From contig BK006937.2 of the NCBI GenBank assembly GCA_000146045.2, positions 128,001-192,000 of the forward strand: a stretch of 64,000 bases of DNA. The letters run 5' to 3'. Shown here piece after piece: positions 1 to 11,184 of the stretch. The notes under the pieces were generated by a model that was given only the letters and a program-made list of their open reading frames with translations, made no database searches and was not told the DNA's origin. This DNA comes from TPA_inf: Saccharomyces. Taxonomy: Eukaryota. How positions within the stretch are numbered: position 1 is the stretch's first letter; every line of letters starts with the position of its first letter. Position numbers and translations under genes: made by a program.

Positions 1-170
1 AGGGAAGAGGAAACGGAGAAGAAAATATACTACTTTATAGAGATATTCGGCAATTTTTTTTAGCAAAAGTTTATTAAACCCTAATATAGACCTTTACTTG
101 GAGTTTCGATTTTAAGAATTTTTTATCATTTTTTTTTTTTGACGATTTCCTGTCGGTTTCGTTATAACCT

Positions 171-213
171 GTTGTGTTGTTGTTGTTGTTGTTATTGCTG
201 GGTTGTTGTTATT
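171..213. repeat. imperfect (GTT)n / (TTG)n microsatellite in the SAT4 upstream region
   Basis: Direct reading: gttgtgttgttgttgttgttgttattgctgggttgttgtt. Confidence 0.8.
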
Positions 214-469
214 CACTTTAACATTATCGAATAAAATTTGGACTTTCAAAGTCCTGTTCAATAAGTTGTACTAAGCCTTTAAGCGTTTTTAAGTTACAAA
301 TAAAAACTGGAAAGCTTAAGGTAGCTTTCTAATATTAGGCTCTCAACCTTTTTTTACTCTCCATTTACCGCTAGATATTAACTAGTAGTAAGTATTGTGA
401 CTACTATTCCCTGTAATCAAAAAAAAAGTAATCAGATTTTATTTTATTTCGACATTACCCCTCAAATAT

Positions 470-2281
470 ATGACTGGTATGAATGATAATAATGCCGCTA
501 TTCCTCAGCAAACTCCAAGGAAACATGCGCTATCTTCTAAAGTTATGCAACTTTTTAGAAGCGGTTCAAGATCATCTAGGCAGGGAAAGGCCTCATCGAA
601 TATCCAGCCACCTTCTAATATAAACACAAACGTTCCATCGGCGTCTAAATCAGCCAAATTTGGTTTACATACCCCAACCACTGCTACTCCTAGGGTAGTT
701 TCTAATCCTTCTAATACTGCAGGTGTGAGTAAACCGGGCATGTATATGCCCGAATATTACCAGTCGGCATCACCATCGCACTCTAGTTCATCCGCATCAT
801 TAAACAACCATATTGATATTAACACCTCTAAGTCATCATCAGCTGCTTCTTTAACTTCGTCAGTATCAGCTTTATCCTTATCACCCACATCAGCCATAAA
901 TATTAGCTCCAAAAGTTTGAGCCCAAAGTTCTCTCATCATAGTAACAGCAATACTGCTATTACACCCGCGCCTACTCCCACTGCTTCAAATATTAATAAT
1001 GTAAATAAGATAACCAATACAAGTGCACCTATTTGTGGGAGGTTTCTTGTGCATAAAGATGGTACCCATGAACATCACTTAAAAAATGCTAAGAGACAAG
1101 AAAAGCTAAGCACAATGATTAAAAACATGGTTGGTGCGAGCAAATTACGTGGTGAGGCAAAATCTGCTGTCCCTGATATAATAATGGATCCAAAGACGAC
1201 TTTAAAATCCAACAAGAATCCTCCTACTCTTTTTGCAGGCTTCATGAAGCAGGTCGTGGATATGGATGATAAATATCCAGAAGGCGCTCCCACAAGTGGC
1301 GCTTTAAATTGTCCTGAAAGGGATATATACAGGTCAGATCAAAAAGATTCCAAAAATAATACGCATAATATCACTACTACTAAAAAAGATAGGCAATGTT
1401 TTGCCGAAAAGTATGGTCGCTGTCAAGAAGTCCTTGGTAAAGGTGCTTTTGGTGTAGTAAGAATATGTCAAAAGAAAAATGTTTCTTCTCAAGATGGTAA
1501 TAAAAGTGAAAAGCTTTATGCAGTGAAAGAGTTCAAGCGTAGAACATCCGAATCAGCAGAAAAGTATTCTAAGAGGTTGACTTCTGAATTTTGCATTTCT
1601 TCTTCATTACACCATACAAATATTGTTACTACACTAGATCTTTTCCAAGATGCCAAAGGCGAGTACTGTGAAGTAATGGAATATTGTGCAGGTGGCGATC
1701 TATTCACTTTGGTCGTTGCCGCCGGAAAATTAGAATATATGGAAGCAGATTGTTTCTTCAAGCAGCTTATTAGAGGTGTTGTTTATATGCATGAAATGGG
1801 TGTTTGTCATAGAGATTTGAAGCCTGAGAACTTACTGCTTACGCACGATGGTGTGCTAAAAATTACAGACTTTGGTAACAGCGAATGTTTCAAGATGGCA
1901 TGGGAAAAAAATATTCACCTTAGTGGAGGCGTTTGCGGTTCATCGCCGTACATCGCCCCAGAGGAATATATCAAAGAAGAGTTTGATCCAAGACCCGTAG
2001 ATATATGGGCATGTGGTGTCATTTATATGGCAATGAGAACTGGTAGACAATTGTGGAGTTCTGCTGAAAAAGACGATCCATTTTATATGAATTATTTAAA
2101 AGGACGTAAGGAAAAGGGAGGCTATGAGCCAATCGAAAGTTTAAAAAGAGCCAGGTGTAGGAATGTTATATATTCGATGTTAGATCCCGTTCCGTACAGA
2201 AGAATTAACGGGAAACAAATTTTGAACAGTGAATGGGGAAGGGAGATAAAATGCTGCCATAATGGGCGCGCATTGAAATAA
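470..2281 (+). CDS. SAT4: Ser/Thr protein kinase (Npr/Hal family), 603 aa
   Basis: ORF track 603 aa. It carries the kinase catalytic-loop [11 protein letters not shown], a DFG motif and the activation-loop GSSPYIAPE, after a long Ser/Thr/Asn-rich N-terminus. It sits where yeast HAL4/SAT4 lies, next to RVS161. Confidence 0.93.
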   Translation: MTGMNDNNAAIPQQTPRKHALSSKVMQLFRSGSRSSRQGKASSNIQPPSNINTNVPSASKSAKFGLHTPTTATPRVVSNPSNTAGVSKPGMYMPEYYQSASPSHSSSSASLNNHIDINTSKSSSAASLTSSVSALSLSPTSAINISSKSLSPKFSHHSNSNTAITPAPTPTASNINNVNKITNTSAPICGRFLVHKDGTHEHHLKNAKRQEKLSTMIKNMVGASKLRGEAKSAVPDIIMDPKTTLKSNKNPPTLFAGFMKQVVDMDDKYPEGAPTSGALNCPERDIYRSDQKDSKNNTHNITTTKKDRQCFAEKYGRCQEVLGKGAFGVVRICQKKNVSSQDGNKSEKLYAVKEFKRRTSESAEKYSKRLTSEFCISSSLHHTNIVTTLDLFQDAKGEYCEVMEYCAGGDLFTLVVAAGKLEYMEADCFFKQLIRGVVYMHEMGVCHRDLKPENLLLTHDGVLKITDFGNSECFKMAWEKNIHLSGGVCGSSPYIAPEEYIKEEFDPRPVDIWACGVIYMAMRTGRQLWSSAEKDDPFYMNYLKGRKEKGGYEPIESLKRARCRNVIYSMLDPVPYRRINGKQILNSEWGREIKCCHNGRALK

Positions 2282-2744
2282 ACGAGTACTTCACTTTCAA
2301 ATATCACGATATTTTGGAACAATTCGGTATTTTTTACTTAATCTAGTACACTAAGGAATGCTTTGTTATCCGGCATTCGTATCTTATTCCTCGCTTCTAT
2401 TGTTCTACTTTTATATCCCGTTTGGCTGATTACGGATCACGTTCAAATTGGTAAATCCCATTAATTAAAAAAGAATTGTAACCTTATTTAAAAAAAAAAA
2501 TAGTACATAACAATAAAAAAAAAAAAGATAATAATTTTGAATTTATTGCTAGACATTCTTACGTTTATTGTGTTCATGTTAACAAAAACACATGCCCGCG
2601 GTTATTATCGCTTTTTAATTGCTTTCTTAAAAAGAGTCGGTTGGTCAGATAGAGCAGATAGTAAATTATAGTGCTATTTAGGTCTGTTAATTTAAATGAA
2701 AGAAACATAAATGACCGTAAAAAACTAAAGGCAAAAGCATTAAT

Positions 2745-3542
2745 TTATTTTATCCCGAGCGCACAAATATCTAGGCTTGTCATTTGTCCTAATAGTTCTT
2801 CGATTTTAGTGTCTAATAACCCATTGGCATAGTCGTCTCTTGATTGTTGGTCCAAATATTGTTGAATCTGCGCTAAACGAGTGTAACCATCAGTACAGAA
2901 CCTTAGCTGAATCTTGATTAAAGCTTCAAAACTTGGGTCAAAGTAAGGTACTCTTAATGAAACTAACTGTGGTAGTTCAGTTTTCAATTGGTTATTAAGA
3001 TTTTCGAAAATATCTTTAGCTAAGCTCAATTCTTTTTCAGCCCTTGGCAGTTTAGAGGCATCTTTAGCAGGTTTGTCCACTAATCTACGAACTTTTGCCT
3101 TCGCAGCATCGAAGTCTTGTTTCTTATGGTCTCTCTTTTTTATGGCCTCCTCAATTTCTTTGAAATACGTCGAAAACTTTGTTATTGGATCTAGTACGGT
3201 TTCTCTTAAGGGCCCGTCTAATTGCTTAACAGTTTCGCTATCAAAATCTTGAACACATTGCAAATAATAGTTACCAACGTTGTAACCACCACCAGCAACA
3301 TATTTTGAATCGTCATAGAGGTTAGAGATGACCTCGGCAATGGTAGTCTGTGATGCTGTCACAGCTCTCAATGAGTCCAAGAAACCTTTGGCTTCCTTTT
3401 GTAATGCCTCACCTGCTCTTTGAAGAACTTTATAACGACGTTCTTCCATGTCATACTCTTTATCAATGGTCTTGTCGACATTCTTAATTATCACACTGTG
3501 ACCAGCTCTGTTGATAGCTTTCTTAAAACCTTCCCAACTCAT
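2745..3542 (-). CDS. RVS161: BAR-domain amphiphysin-like protein, 265 aa
   Basis: ORF track 265 aa starting MSWEGFKKAINRAGHSV. The length and neighbourhood match yeast RVS161. Confidence 0.93.
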   Translation of the reverse strand: MSWEGFKKAINRAGHSVIIKNVDKTIDKEYDMEERRYKVLQRAGEALQKEAKGFLDSLRAVTASQTTIAEVISNLYDDSKYVAGGGYNVGNYYLQCVQDFDSETVKQLDGPLRETVLDPITKFSTYFKEIEEAIKKRDHKKQDFDAAKAKVRRLVDKPAKDASKLPRAEKELSLAKDIFENLNNQLKTELPQLVSLRVPYFDPSFEALIKIQLRFCTDGYTRLAQIQQYLDQQSRDDYANGLLDTKIEELLGQMTSLDICALGIK

Positions 3543-4272
3543 CTTGTATCAGCTTTCTTCTGGCTTCTTATAATAGGATTTGTATAGTTTTCTATATCAC
3601 AGCGTTTCCTTTTCTTCTCTCACGTCTGCCTGTTATTAAATTTGTTTTCCCTTTCTTTTAATTCGGATTCTCATAATTGTTCAAAATCCGCGCATTTGGA
3701 TCGTCCAGCCCCTGCAGCGCCCAGTTCAGCCAACAAAAATTCATAGGGACGTAAAGGAAACGTTTCATGTCTGTTACAATGAAAAAGACAAGTCGAATCA
3801 CATTATGAATGGCAAACGATAGACCTTTCGTTGCCTTTCAATTACATGATATTCGTGGCAACATCTTCTCCGCTAACCTAAAAGTTTTATCAGAAACATA
3901 TATCTTATTTTTTCTGAAGTAAAATCAAAGTGCAGGGAAGACAAGTAAAGGAGTCAGCAAAAAAGTGAAGTAAACTTATATGTTAACTGTTTATAACCGT
4001 ACCTTGCTTACATCATCTATATTTTCGTAATCATTTTTGTACATTGTTTATATCTTGTTTTGAAGTTTTAGCTTTGAAAAACATTTAATTGCGAAGTAAC
4101 ATAATGTTATTAATAGTGTACGACTGAAACAGCCATTCTATTTAAACATATAAAAGTACGATTAGTTGGTGTGGTTATATAAGTCATAAAATAATTATCA
4201 TATTAAAAAATTGAAAAATAAAAAACTACTCTTTTTTATTTCAATAGTTCTCGTTATTAGTAGGTCGTGCTC

Positions 4273-5124
4273 TTAAAAGATTACCCTTTCAGTAGATGGT
4301 AATGGGAATGGACGAGCCAGTACATATGAATTCTGCTTTGTAGCAACACCTGCATATGCGTTGTACCAAGCAATGAAAGCAACAACAACTCCCAGGACAC
4401 CACCAGCTCTTGTGACACCAAGTCTATTAGCAAAGTGACCAATAGACAACAGTAGGAAAGTTAATGCTAGTAAGAAGAACAACAAAAAGAACATAACAGT
4501 GGATTTCATGGTACAAACGGTTAAACCAAACGTAAAGATGGCCCACCCCAACAAATAAAATCCTAAAGCATTATTCAAATCAGATTCATTGTCTTCGTAA
4601 GCTTCCAAGATACCAAACCAAGGAATGTAAATTGCAGCGAAACTCAACCAAAACCCACCGTAAGAACATAATGCGGTACCACCAAAAGTATTTTCCAAAG
4701 CTATCTCCCAAATACCAGCAATCAATTGCACCAAACCACCATAAAACATAGCACAACCGACGACAACATTAGGAACAGTGATCCCTTGCGCTCTCGCATT
4801 GAACATGGACAGCACAAATGTCGTCAACGCGAAGGCTGAAAGACCTAAGGGCGCAGGATTAGCAAATTTGTGCACTGGAGCAGGAGCTAACCCTGGATTC
4901 AAGGTACCACCAAAGGCTTGGTATAAGTCGCTCTTCAAAAACTTTTGACGCCCAATATAGATATATTCATTGTTATCACCTCCAGTGTAAATCTTGCCCA
5001 ACGAATCATGAGATGGACGTTCATCTTCTGCAACGCCATTAACGTCGTTATCATGGGAACTATAGTATCCTGCTGGTGCATTCTCCAAATCTGTGTTTCC
5101 GCTCGTTTGTTCCTTGTCAGACAT
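4273..5124 (-). CDS. ADY2: acetate transporter of the GPR1/FUN34/YaaH (AceTr) family, 283 aa
   Basis: ORF track 283 aa. It has the family signature NPAPLGL, then six hydrophobic segments. Confidence 0.92.
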   Translation of the reverse strand: MSDKEQTSGNTDLENAPAGYYSSHDNDVNGVAEDERPSHDSLGKIYTGGDNNEYIYIGRQKFLKSDLYQAFGGTLNPGLAPAPVHKFANPAPLGLSAFALTTFVLSMFNARAQGITVPNVVVGCAMFYGGLVQLIAGIWEIALENTFGGTALCSYGGFWLSFAAIYIPWFGILEAYEDNESDLNNALGFYLLGWAIFTFGLTVCTMKSTVMFFLLFFLLALTFLLLSIGHFANRLGVTRAGGVLGVVVAFIAWYNAYAGVATKQNSYVLARPFPLPSTERVIF

Positions 5125-5723
5125 ATTATTTGTTTGTATATGAGTTGTTTTGTGGTTGTTTAGTTATATCTGTGTTAGCTGTCGACTATTTGCCTTTTTC
5201 TTATAAACAGATGCTAGTAGTTTCTGTTGTATTGTTATTGCTATTGGACGATATATAAAATGAACCTATAGCAAGATCTCAGGGAAATACGATCCAACCA
5301 AGGTGCTTTATATACAGCTTGGTGTCTCTGACAGGTTGGAGTACAGAGGAGAAGGCGCCATAGCCGCCCAACCCGCGATAACGAAAAAAAGCTGTAAGAA
5401 AATGCAGTCTTCCCCAACGTTTGTTACCCCAACAATACCGAAATAGCCGCCCAACCGCAAATCTGGCAAAAAATCTTTTCGTATCTCGCTGCAGATGACC
5501 TTCCAACCCGCCCCTTTTTGTAGTCACGCCTTTAAGGGCCCTTGTTTGGCTTGCTCACATGGGGCTACACGTAAAAACCGTAGCTTGGAGAACCACTCAG
5601 CCGCTCGCCTATTCCACGGAGCTCCGGATCAACGGGCAGTGGACCCTCTCGAAAATAAGGAAAGTTGCGGGGCCAAAAATTATTATTTCTTATGTAAAAG
5701 AAGAGACTATATACGACGCCTAT

Positions 5724-8700
5724 CTACTTTTGTTCCACAACTATCCACTTAAGGGCTAGATACCCCATTATTAAAAACACCACATTAAACAGAGCCAGGA
5801 TCTTGATGTCAAATACAAGGTTTTGGACAACAAATCCAAATGTGCTCAAGATAGTAGCGCCTGGAACTTCAATATTTAAGCCGTACTTTCTCTCTTTCAG
5901 CATCAATGTTTTGACCTCATTGATCAATAAAGATTCGTAGGCGTAGTAAAACACAGAGAAGTTTTTCAGGTACTTGAAGGCCACGTTTGTAATATTCTTA
6001 GTATTGATAAATAGTCCGCTAAACAGTAGTGAGCCCAAAAGCACCAGCACGCTTAATATTATGGAGTTATTCAAGTCTTCAAAAATTATGCCGATGGTTA
6101 GGATTTCCAACGATATCCCAAGGTTAAACAGTATAAGGATTCCAATACATTTAAAAAAAGCATTGTCTTTCATGTTTAAACCAGTCATTGGGTAAACAAT
6201 CAATGACAAGAGTATAGGTGGTACAACACGTAGCGGGACCACTTCGCTCATTATCTTACTAATGTAGTATGCAAGTGGCGAGTAATAGTTATTGGATCTT
6301 TCTTTTATGAAAATGATCCTTTCCAGAGCGAACGAGCTGAGACCTGTGAATGTAACAAAACCGAAGTACGTTAGTATAAAGAAGAACAGCCCCATTCTGT
6401 TCTGAAAACCGCTGATATCATTGGAGACGTTGTAATATAGTGTTCCCAAGAATAAACTCAATAGGATCGTCAGTAAATAATTACCCAATAATAGTTTAGG
6501 GTTTCTGTACATGTTTTTAAAACTTCTTGAATTCAATATCGATAACTGTTGCAGAAAACCAGCAGATTGTTGACCTGTGGGTAAATCTCCATTCAAAACG
6601 TTACTTTCCTCATCACCTTCGCTTAAAACTTCCTCGATCTCCTGTGAAAGCTCTGCATAATAGACGCTATCTTTATATTTATCGTGTAGTAGTTTGGTAT
6701 TTAAGTCAATCTCAGTAGCACCTCGCCTTCCATCTGTTCCCTCTACATCTTCTTCATCTCTGAGTAAAGATCTGATCTCATCTCTATGAGCTGCAAGATG
6801 AGCCCACTCTCTCTGTGTTGTACCATCACTGCTAGTAAATGTTGTTTGGTGTATCGTATTATCAATATCGTTAGTATCCGTACCAGCTTCTAAATCGGAA
6901 ATGTTTCTGATTCTTCTCCTTTTCCCCTGAGGACCGGCTTCAAAAGTAATATCAATCAAATAATCAGCAATATTATAGTTGTCCGGACAGATATATCCCT
7001 CATTTCTCAAAAATTCTGACACTTTTTTGGCATTTCCGGAATAGACCATCTCACCTTTACTTAACAGGACCAATTTATCGAATAAATAAAATATATTTGA
7101 TCTTGGCTGATGAATAGATAGCACCAATGTCCTGTTATAGTCGCTGGATAACCTTACCAAACATTCAATAACATTATTGGCATTACTAGCATCTAAACCA
7201 GATGTAGGTTCATCCAAAAATAAAACCAATGGAGATGTCACTAATTCACATGCAATGGAAACTCGGCGTTTTTCACCTCCACTAATACCACGATCAAATT
7301 CATTACCAATAATACGATCTTTGATATCAATAATTCTTAGTTCTTCCAACACCTTATAAACTCTTGCCTTCTTGGCCTCGAATGACAATGCTTTTGGCAA
7401 TCTTAACAGCGCACTATTTAATACGGTTTCAAAAACAGTCAAAGTGGGCAGCAAAAAGTCATCTTGATCGACGAACCCGATTATTTTCGAGAAAGATTTA
7501 CGGTCCATACTAATACCGTTAACTTTTATGGAACCCGAAACGTGACCTGTTTTCCGTTTCATTGCTAGGATATCTAATAAAGTAGTTTTACCCGCACCAG
7601 ATCCACCCATGATAGCTAATATTTGGCCGGGCTTCACGATACCACTTATTTCATTCAGCACAGTTTCTTCAACACCATCTGAATTTATCGAGGGGACACT
7701 ATAAGTGATATTTTCAAAACTTAATGTCGCCAGTGTGTCATCTTCATTTTGTAAGAAATTATTCACCGCATCTTCATCTGGCAAACGAATGGGAGACTTT
7801 GAGGAACCCAATCCATTTCTGAATAACGGAGATTTAGAAATGTAAAAGGTAGCAAATGTAAAAAGTGCCAGGACCATCACAGCAGTCAATGCCAACACCA
7901 ATTTCCCTTGCCATGACACTGTTGGATCTTTTGAAGGAGATTTGTAACCTGGAATCTCACTATAATGAACACATTCACCGGATTCACACTTCAAAGTAAT
8001 ATAAGGGTCACCAAACACGGTCAATATCAAATCATTCATAGAAGGCTCACTGAATTTACATTGCCTTGTTTCTAAATCACAGCTGAAATCTCCTGGCCCT
8101 TTTATTGTCTCTGTCAGGAAATCCGAGATATCTATAGACCCCTTAGCACCACACAACACAGTGTCGGGAACGCATTTGCATTGAACGTCATTACACTTAT
8201 AATGGGAGGTATTCTGTTCCAAGTCGTATTCAAAGGCACAATCACTTAAGCCACAATAGAAGCTTTCTAACTGATCTATCCAAAACTGAAAATTACATTC
8301 TTGATTAGGTTTATCACAGGCAAATGTAATTTGTGGTATTTTGCCGTTCAAAATCTGTAGAATTTTCTCATTGGTCACATTACAACCTGAAAATACTTTA
8401 TCTACAATCATACCATTCTTATAACATGTCCCCTTAATACTAGGATCAGGCATGAACGCATCACAGACAAAATCTTCTTGACAAACGTCACAATTGATCC
8501 CTCCCCATCCGTTATCACAATGACAGGTGTCATTTTGTGCTCTTATGGGACGATCCTTATTACCGCTTTCATCCGGTGATAGACCGCCACAGAGGGGCAG
8601 AGAGCAATCATCACCTGCAAACCCTTCTATACACTCACATCTACCAGTGTACGAATTGCATTCAGAAAACTGTTTGCATTCAAAAATAGGTAGCATACAA

Positions 8701-8873
8701 TTAAAACATGGCGGGCATGTATCATTGCCCTTATCTTGTGCAGTTAGACGCGAATTTTTCGAAGAAGTACCTTCAAAGAATGGGGTCTTATCTTGTTTTG
8801 CAAGTACCACTGAGCAGGATAATAATAGAAATGATAATATACTATAGTAGAGATAACGTCGATGACTTCCCAT
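5724..8873 (-). CDS. ADP1: ABC transporter (ABCG/White-like half transporter) with an N-terminal Cys-rich EGF-like domain, 1049 aa
   Basis: ORF track 1049 aa. Walker A GGSGAGKTT, ABC signature ISGGEKRRVS and Walker B LLFLDEPTSGLD are present. A signal peptide and an EGF-like cysteine pattern (CPPCFNCML...CKQFSECNSYTGRCEC) precede a TM segment, and six C-terminal TM segments follow. Confidence 0.93.
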   Translation of the reverse strand: MGSHRRYLYYSILSFLLLSCSVVLAKQDKTPFFEGTSSKNSRLTAQDKGNDTCPPCFNCMLPIFECKQFSECNSYTGRCECIEGFAGDDCSLPLCGGLSPDESGNKDRPIRAQNDTCHCDNGWGGINCDVCQEDFVCDAFMPDPSIKGTCYKNGMIVDKVFSGCNVTNEKILQILNGKIPQITFACDKPNQECNFQFWIDQLESFYCGLSDCAFEYDLEQNTSHYKCNDVQCKCVPDTVLCGAKGSIDISDFLTETIKGPGDFSCDLETRQCKFSEPSMNDLILTVFGDPYITLKCESGECVHYSEIPGYKSPSKDPTVSWQGKLVLALTAVMVLALFTFATFYISKSPLFRNGLGSSKSPIRLPDEDAVNNFLQNEDDTLATLSFENITYSVPSINSDGVEETVLNEISGIVKPGQILAIMGGSGAGKTTLLDILAMKRKTGHVSGSIKVNGISMDRKSFSKIIGFVDQDDFLLPTLTVFETVLNSALLRLPKALSFEAKKARVYKVLEELRIIDIKDRIIGNEFDRGISGGEKRRVSIACELVTSPLVLFLDEPTSGLDASNANNVIECLVRLSSDYNRTLVLSIHQPRSNIFYLFDKLVLLSKGEMVYSGNAKKVSEFLRNEGYICPDNYNIADYLIDITFEAGPQGKRRRIRNISDLEAGTDTNDIDNTIHQTTFTSSDGTTQREWAHLAAHRDEIRSLLRDEEDVEGTDGRRGATEIDLNTKLLHDKYKDSVYYAELSQEIEEVLSEGDEESNVLNGDLPTGQQSAGFLQQLSILNSRSFKNMYRNPKLLLGNYLLTILLSLFLGTLYYNVSNDISGFQNRMGLFFFILTYFGFVTFTGLSSFALERIIFIKERSNNYYSPLAYYISKIMSEVVPLRVVPPILLSLIVYPMTGLNMKDNAFFKCIGILILFNLGISLEILTIGIIFEDLNNSIILSVLVLLGSLLFSGLFINTKNITNVAFKYLKNFSVFYYAYESLLINEVKTLMLKERKYGLNIEVPGATILSTFGFVVQNLVFDIKILALFNVVFLIMGYLALKWIVVEQK

Positions 8874-9269
8874 ACTGTAATTGCTTTTAGTTGTGTATTT
8901 TTAGTGTGCAAGTTTCTGTAAATCGATTAATTTTTTTTTCTTTCCTCTTTTTATTAACCTTAATTTTTATTTTAGATTCCTGACTTCAACTCAAGACGCA
9001 CAGATATTATAACATCTGCATAATAGGCATTTGCAAGAATTACTCGTGAGTAAGGAAAGAGTGAGGAACTATCGCATACCTGCATTTAAAGATGCCGATT
9101 TGGGCGCGAATCCTTTATTTTGGCTTCACCCTCATACTATTATCAGGGCCAGAAAAAGGAAGTGTTTCCCTCCTTCTTGAATTGATGTTACCCTCATAAA
9201 GCACGTGGCCTCTTATCGAGAAAGAAATTACCGTCGCTCGTGATTTGTTTGCAAAAAGAACAAAACTGA

Positions 9270-9330
9270 AAAAACCCAGACACGCTCGACTTCCTGTCTT
9301 CCTATTGATTGCAGCTTCCAATTTCGTCAC
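9270..9330 (+). promoter_or_regulatory. PGK1 upstream activating sequence: Rap1 site plus repeated CTTCC (Gcr1) motifs
   Basis: Direct reading: AAACCCAGACACGCTCGACTTCCTGTCTTCCTATTGATTGCAGCTTCCAATTTCG. The Rap1 site is ACCCAGACAC, and three CTTCC pentamers fall within 50 bp. It lies about 420-480 bp upstream of the PGK1 ATG, matching the published PGK UAS. Confidence 0.8.
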
Positions 9331-9592
9331 ACAACAAGGTCCTAGCGACGGCTCACAGGTTTTGTAACAAGCAATCGAAGGTTCTGGAATGGCGGGAAAG
9401 GGTTTAGTACCACATGCTATGATGCCCACTGTGATCTCCAGAGCAAAGTTCGTTCGATCGTACTGTTACTCTCTCTCTTTCAAACAGAATTGTCCGAATC
9501 GTGTGACAACAACAGCCTGTTCTCACACACTCTTTTCTTCTAACCAAGGGGGTGGTTTAGTTTAGTAGAACCTCGTGAAACTTACATTTACA

Positions 9593-9602
9593 TATATATA
9601 AA
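9593..9602 (+). promoter_or_regulatory. TATA box of PGK1 (TATATATAAA)
   Basis: TATATATAAA lies about 145 bp upstream of the ATG at 9746. Confidence 0.7.
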
Positions 9603-9745
9603 CTTGCATAAATTGGTCAATGCAAGAAATACATATTTGGTCTTTTCTAATTCGTAGTTTTTCAAGTTCTTAGATGCTTTCTTTTTCTCTTTTTTACAGA
9701 TCATCAAGGAAGTAATTATCTACTTTTTACAACAAATATAAAACA

Positions 9746-10996
9746 ATGTCTTTATCTTCAAAGTTGTCTGTCCAAGATTTGGACTTGAAGGACAAGCGTG
9801 TCTTCATCAGAGTTGACTTCAACGTCCCATTGGACGGTAAGAAGATCACTTCTAACCAAAGAATTGTTGCTGCTTTGCCAACCATCAAGTACGTTTTGGA
9901 ACACCACCCAAGATACGTTGTCTTGGCTTCTCACTTGGGTAGACCAAACGGTGAAAGAAACGAAAAATACTCTTTGGCTCCAGTTGCTAAGGAATTGCAA
10001 TCATTGTTGGGTAAGGATGTCACCTTCTTGAACGACTGTGTCGGTCCAGAAGTTGAAGCCGCTGTCAAGGCTTCTGCCCCAGGTTCCGTTATTTTGTTGG
10101 AAAACTTGCGTTACCACATCGAAGAAGAAGGTTCCAGAAAGGTCGATGGTCAAAAGGTCAAGGCTTCCAAGGAAGATGTTCAAAAGTTCAGACACGAATT
10201 GAGCTCTTTGGCTGATGTTTACATCAACGATGCCTTCGGTACCGCTCACAGAGCTCACTCTTCTATGGTCGGTTTCGACTTGCCACAACGTGCTGCCGGT
10301 TTCTTGTTGGAAAAGGAATTGAAGTACTTCGGTAAGGCTTTGGAGAACCCAACCAGACCATTCTTGGCCATCTTAGGTGGTGCCAAGGTTGCTGACAAGA
10401 TTCAATTGATTGACAACTTGTTGGACAAGGTCGACTCTATCATCATTGGTGGTGGTATGGCTTTCACCTTCAAGAAGGTTTTGGAAAACACTGAAATCGG
10501 TGACTCCATCTTCGACAAGGCTGGTGCTGAAATCGTTCCAAAGTTGATGGAAAAGGCCAAGGCCAAGGGTGTCGAAGTCGTCTTGCCAGTCGACTTCATC
10601 ATTGCTGATGCTTTCTCTGCTGATGCCAACACCAAGACTGTCACTGACAAGGAAGGTATTCCAGCTGGCTGGCAAGGGTTGGACAATGGTCCAGAATCTA
10701 GAAAGTTGTTTGCTGCTACTGTTGCAAAGGCTAAGACCATTGTCTGGAACGGTCCACCAGGTGTTTTCGAATTCGAAAAGTTCGCTGCTGGTACTAAGGC
10801 TTTGTTAGACGAAGTTGTCAAGAGCTCTGCTGCTGGTAACACCGTCATCATTGGTGGTGGTGACACTGCCACTGTCGCTAAGAAGTACGGTGTCACTGAC
10901 AAGATCTCCCATGTCTCTACTGGTGGTGGTGCTTCTTTGGAATTATTGGAAGGTAAGGAATTGCCAGGTGTTGCTTTCTTATCCGAAAAGAAATAA
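9746..10996 (+). CDS. PGK1: 3-phosphoglycerate kinase, 416 aa
   Basis: ORF track 416 aa beginning [32 protein letters not shown], which is yeast Pgk1. Codon bias is extreme (TTG, AAG, GGT, GCT, TTC, GAC), as expected for a glycolytic gene. Confidence 0.98.
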
Positions 10997-11184
10997 ATTG
11001 AATTGAATTGAAATCGATAGATCAATTTTTTTCTTTTCTCTTTCCCCATCCTTTACGCTAAAATAATAGTTTATTTTATTTTTTGAATATTTTTTATTTA
11101 TATACGTATATATAGACTATTATTTATCTTTTAATGATTATTAAGATTTTTATTAAAAAAAAATTCGCTCCTCTTTTAATGCCT

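Noticed and set aside
3985-4330. Replication origin (ARS309 region) between RVS161 and ADY2
   Set aside because: I recall an ARS near here. By eye I find only 9/11-type ACS near-matches, such as TTTTATATGTTT, and nothing I can defend as a feature from sequence alone.
5974-8890. Short ORFs antisense to ADP1, and similar antisense or off-frame ORFs inside NPP1, SYP1, BPH1, SNT1, CWH43 and ELO2
   Set aside because: They are nested in well-supported long CDSs on the opposite strand or frame, with no independent coding signal.
9758-11049. Multiple ORFs of 60-215 aa antisense to or out of frame with PGK1 (9758..10000 -, 10001..10288 -, 10373..10675 -, 10402..11049 -, 9798..10031 +, 10569..10808 +, 10815..11006 +)
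   Set aside because: They lie entirely within the strongly codon-biased PGK1 CDS and have no motifs. They arise from stop-codon depletion in the alternative frames.
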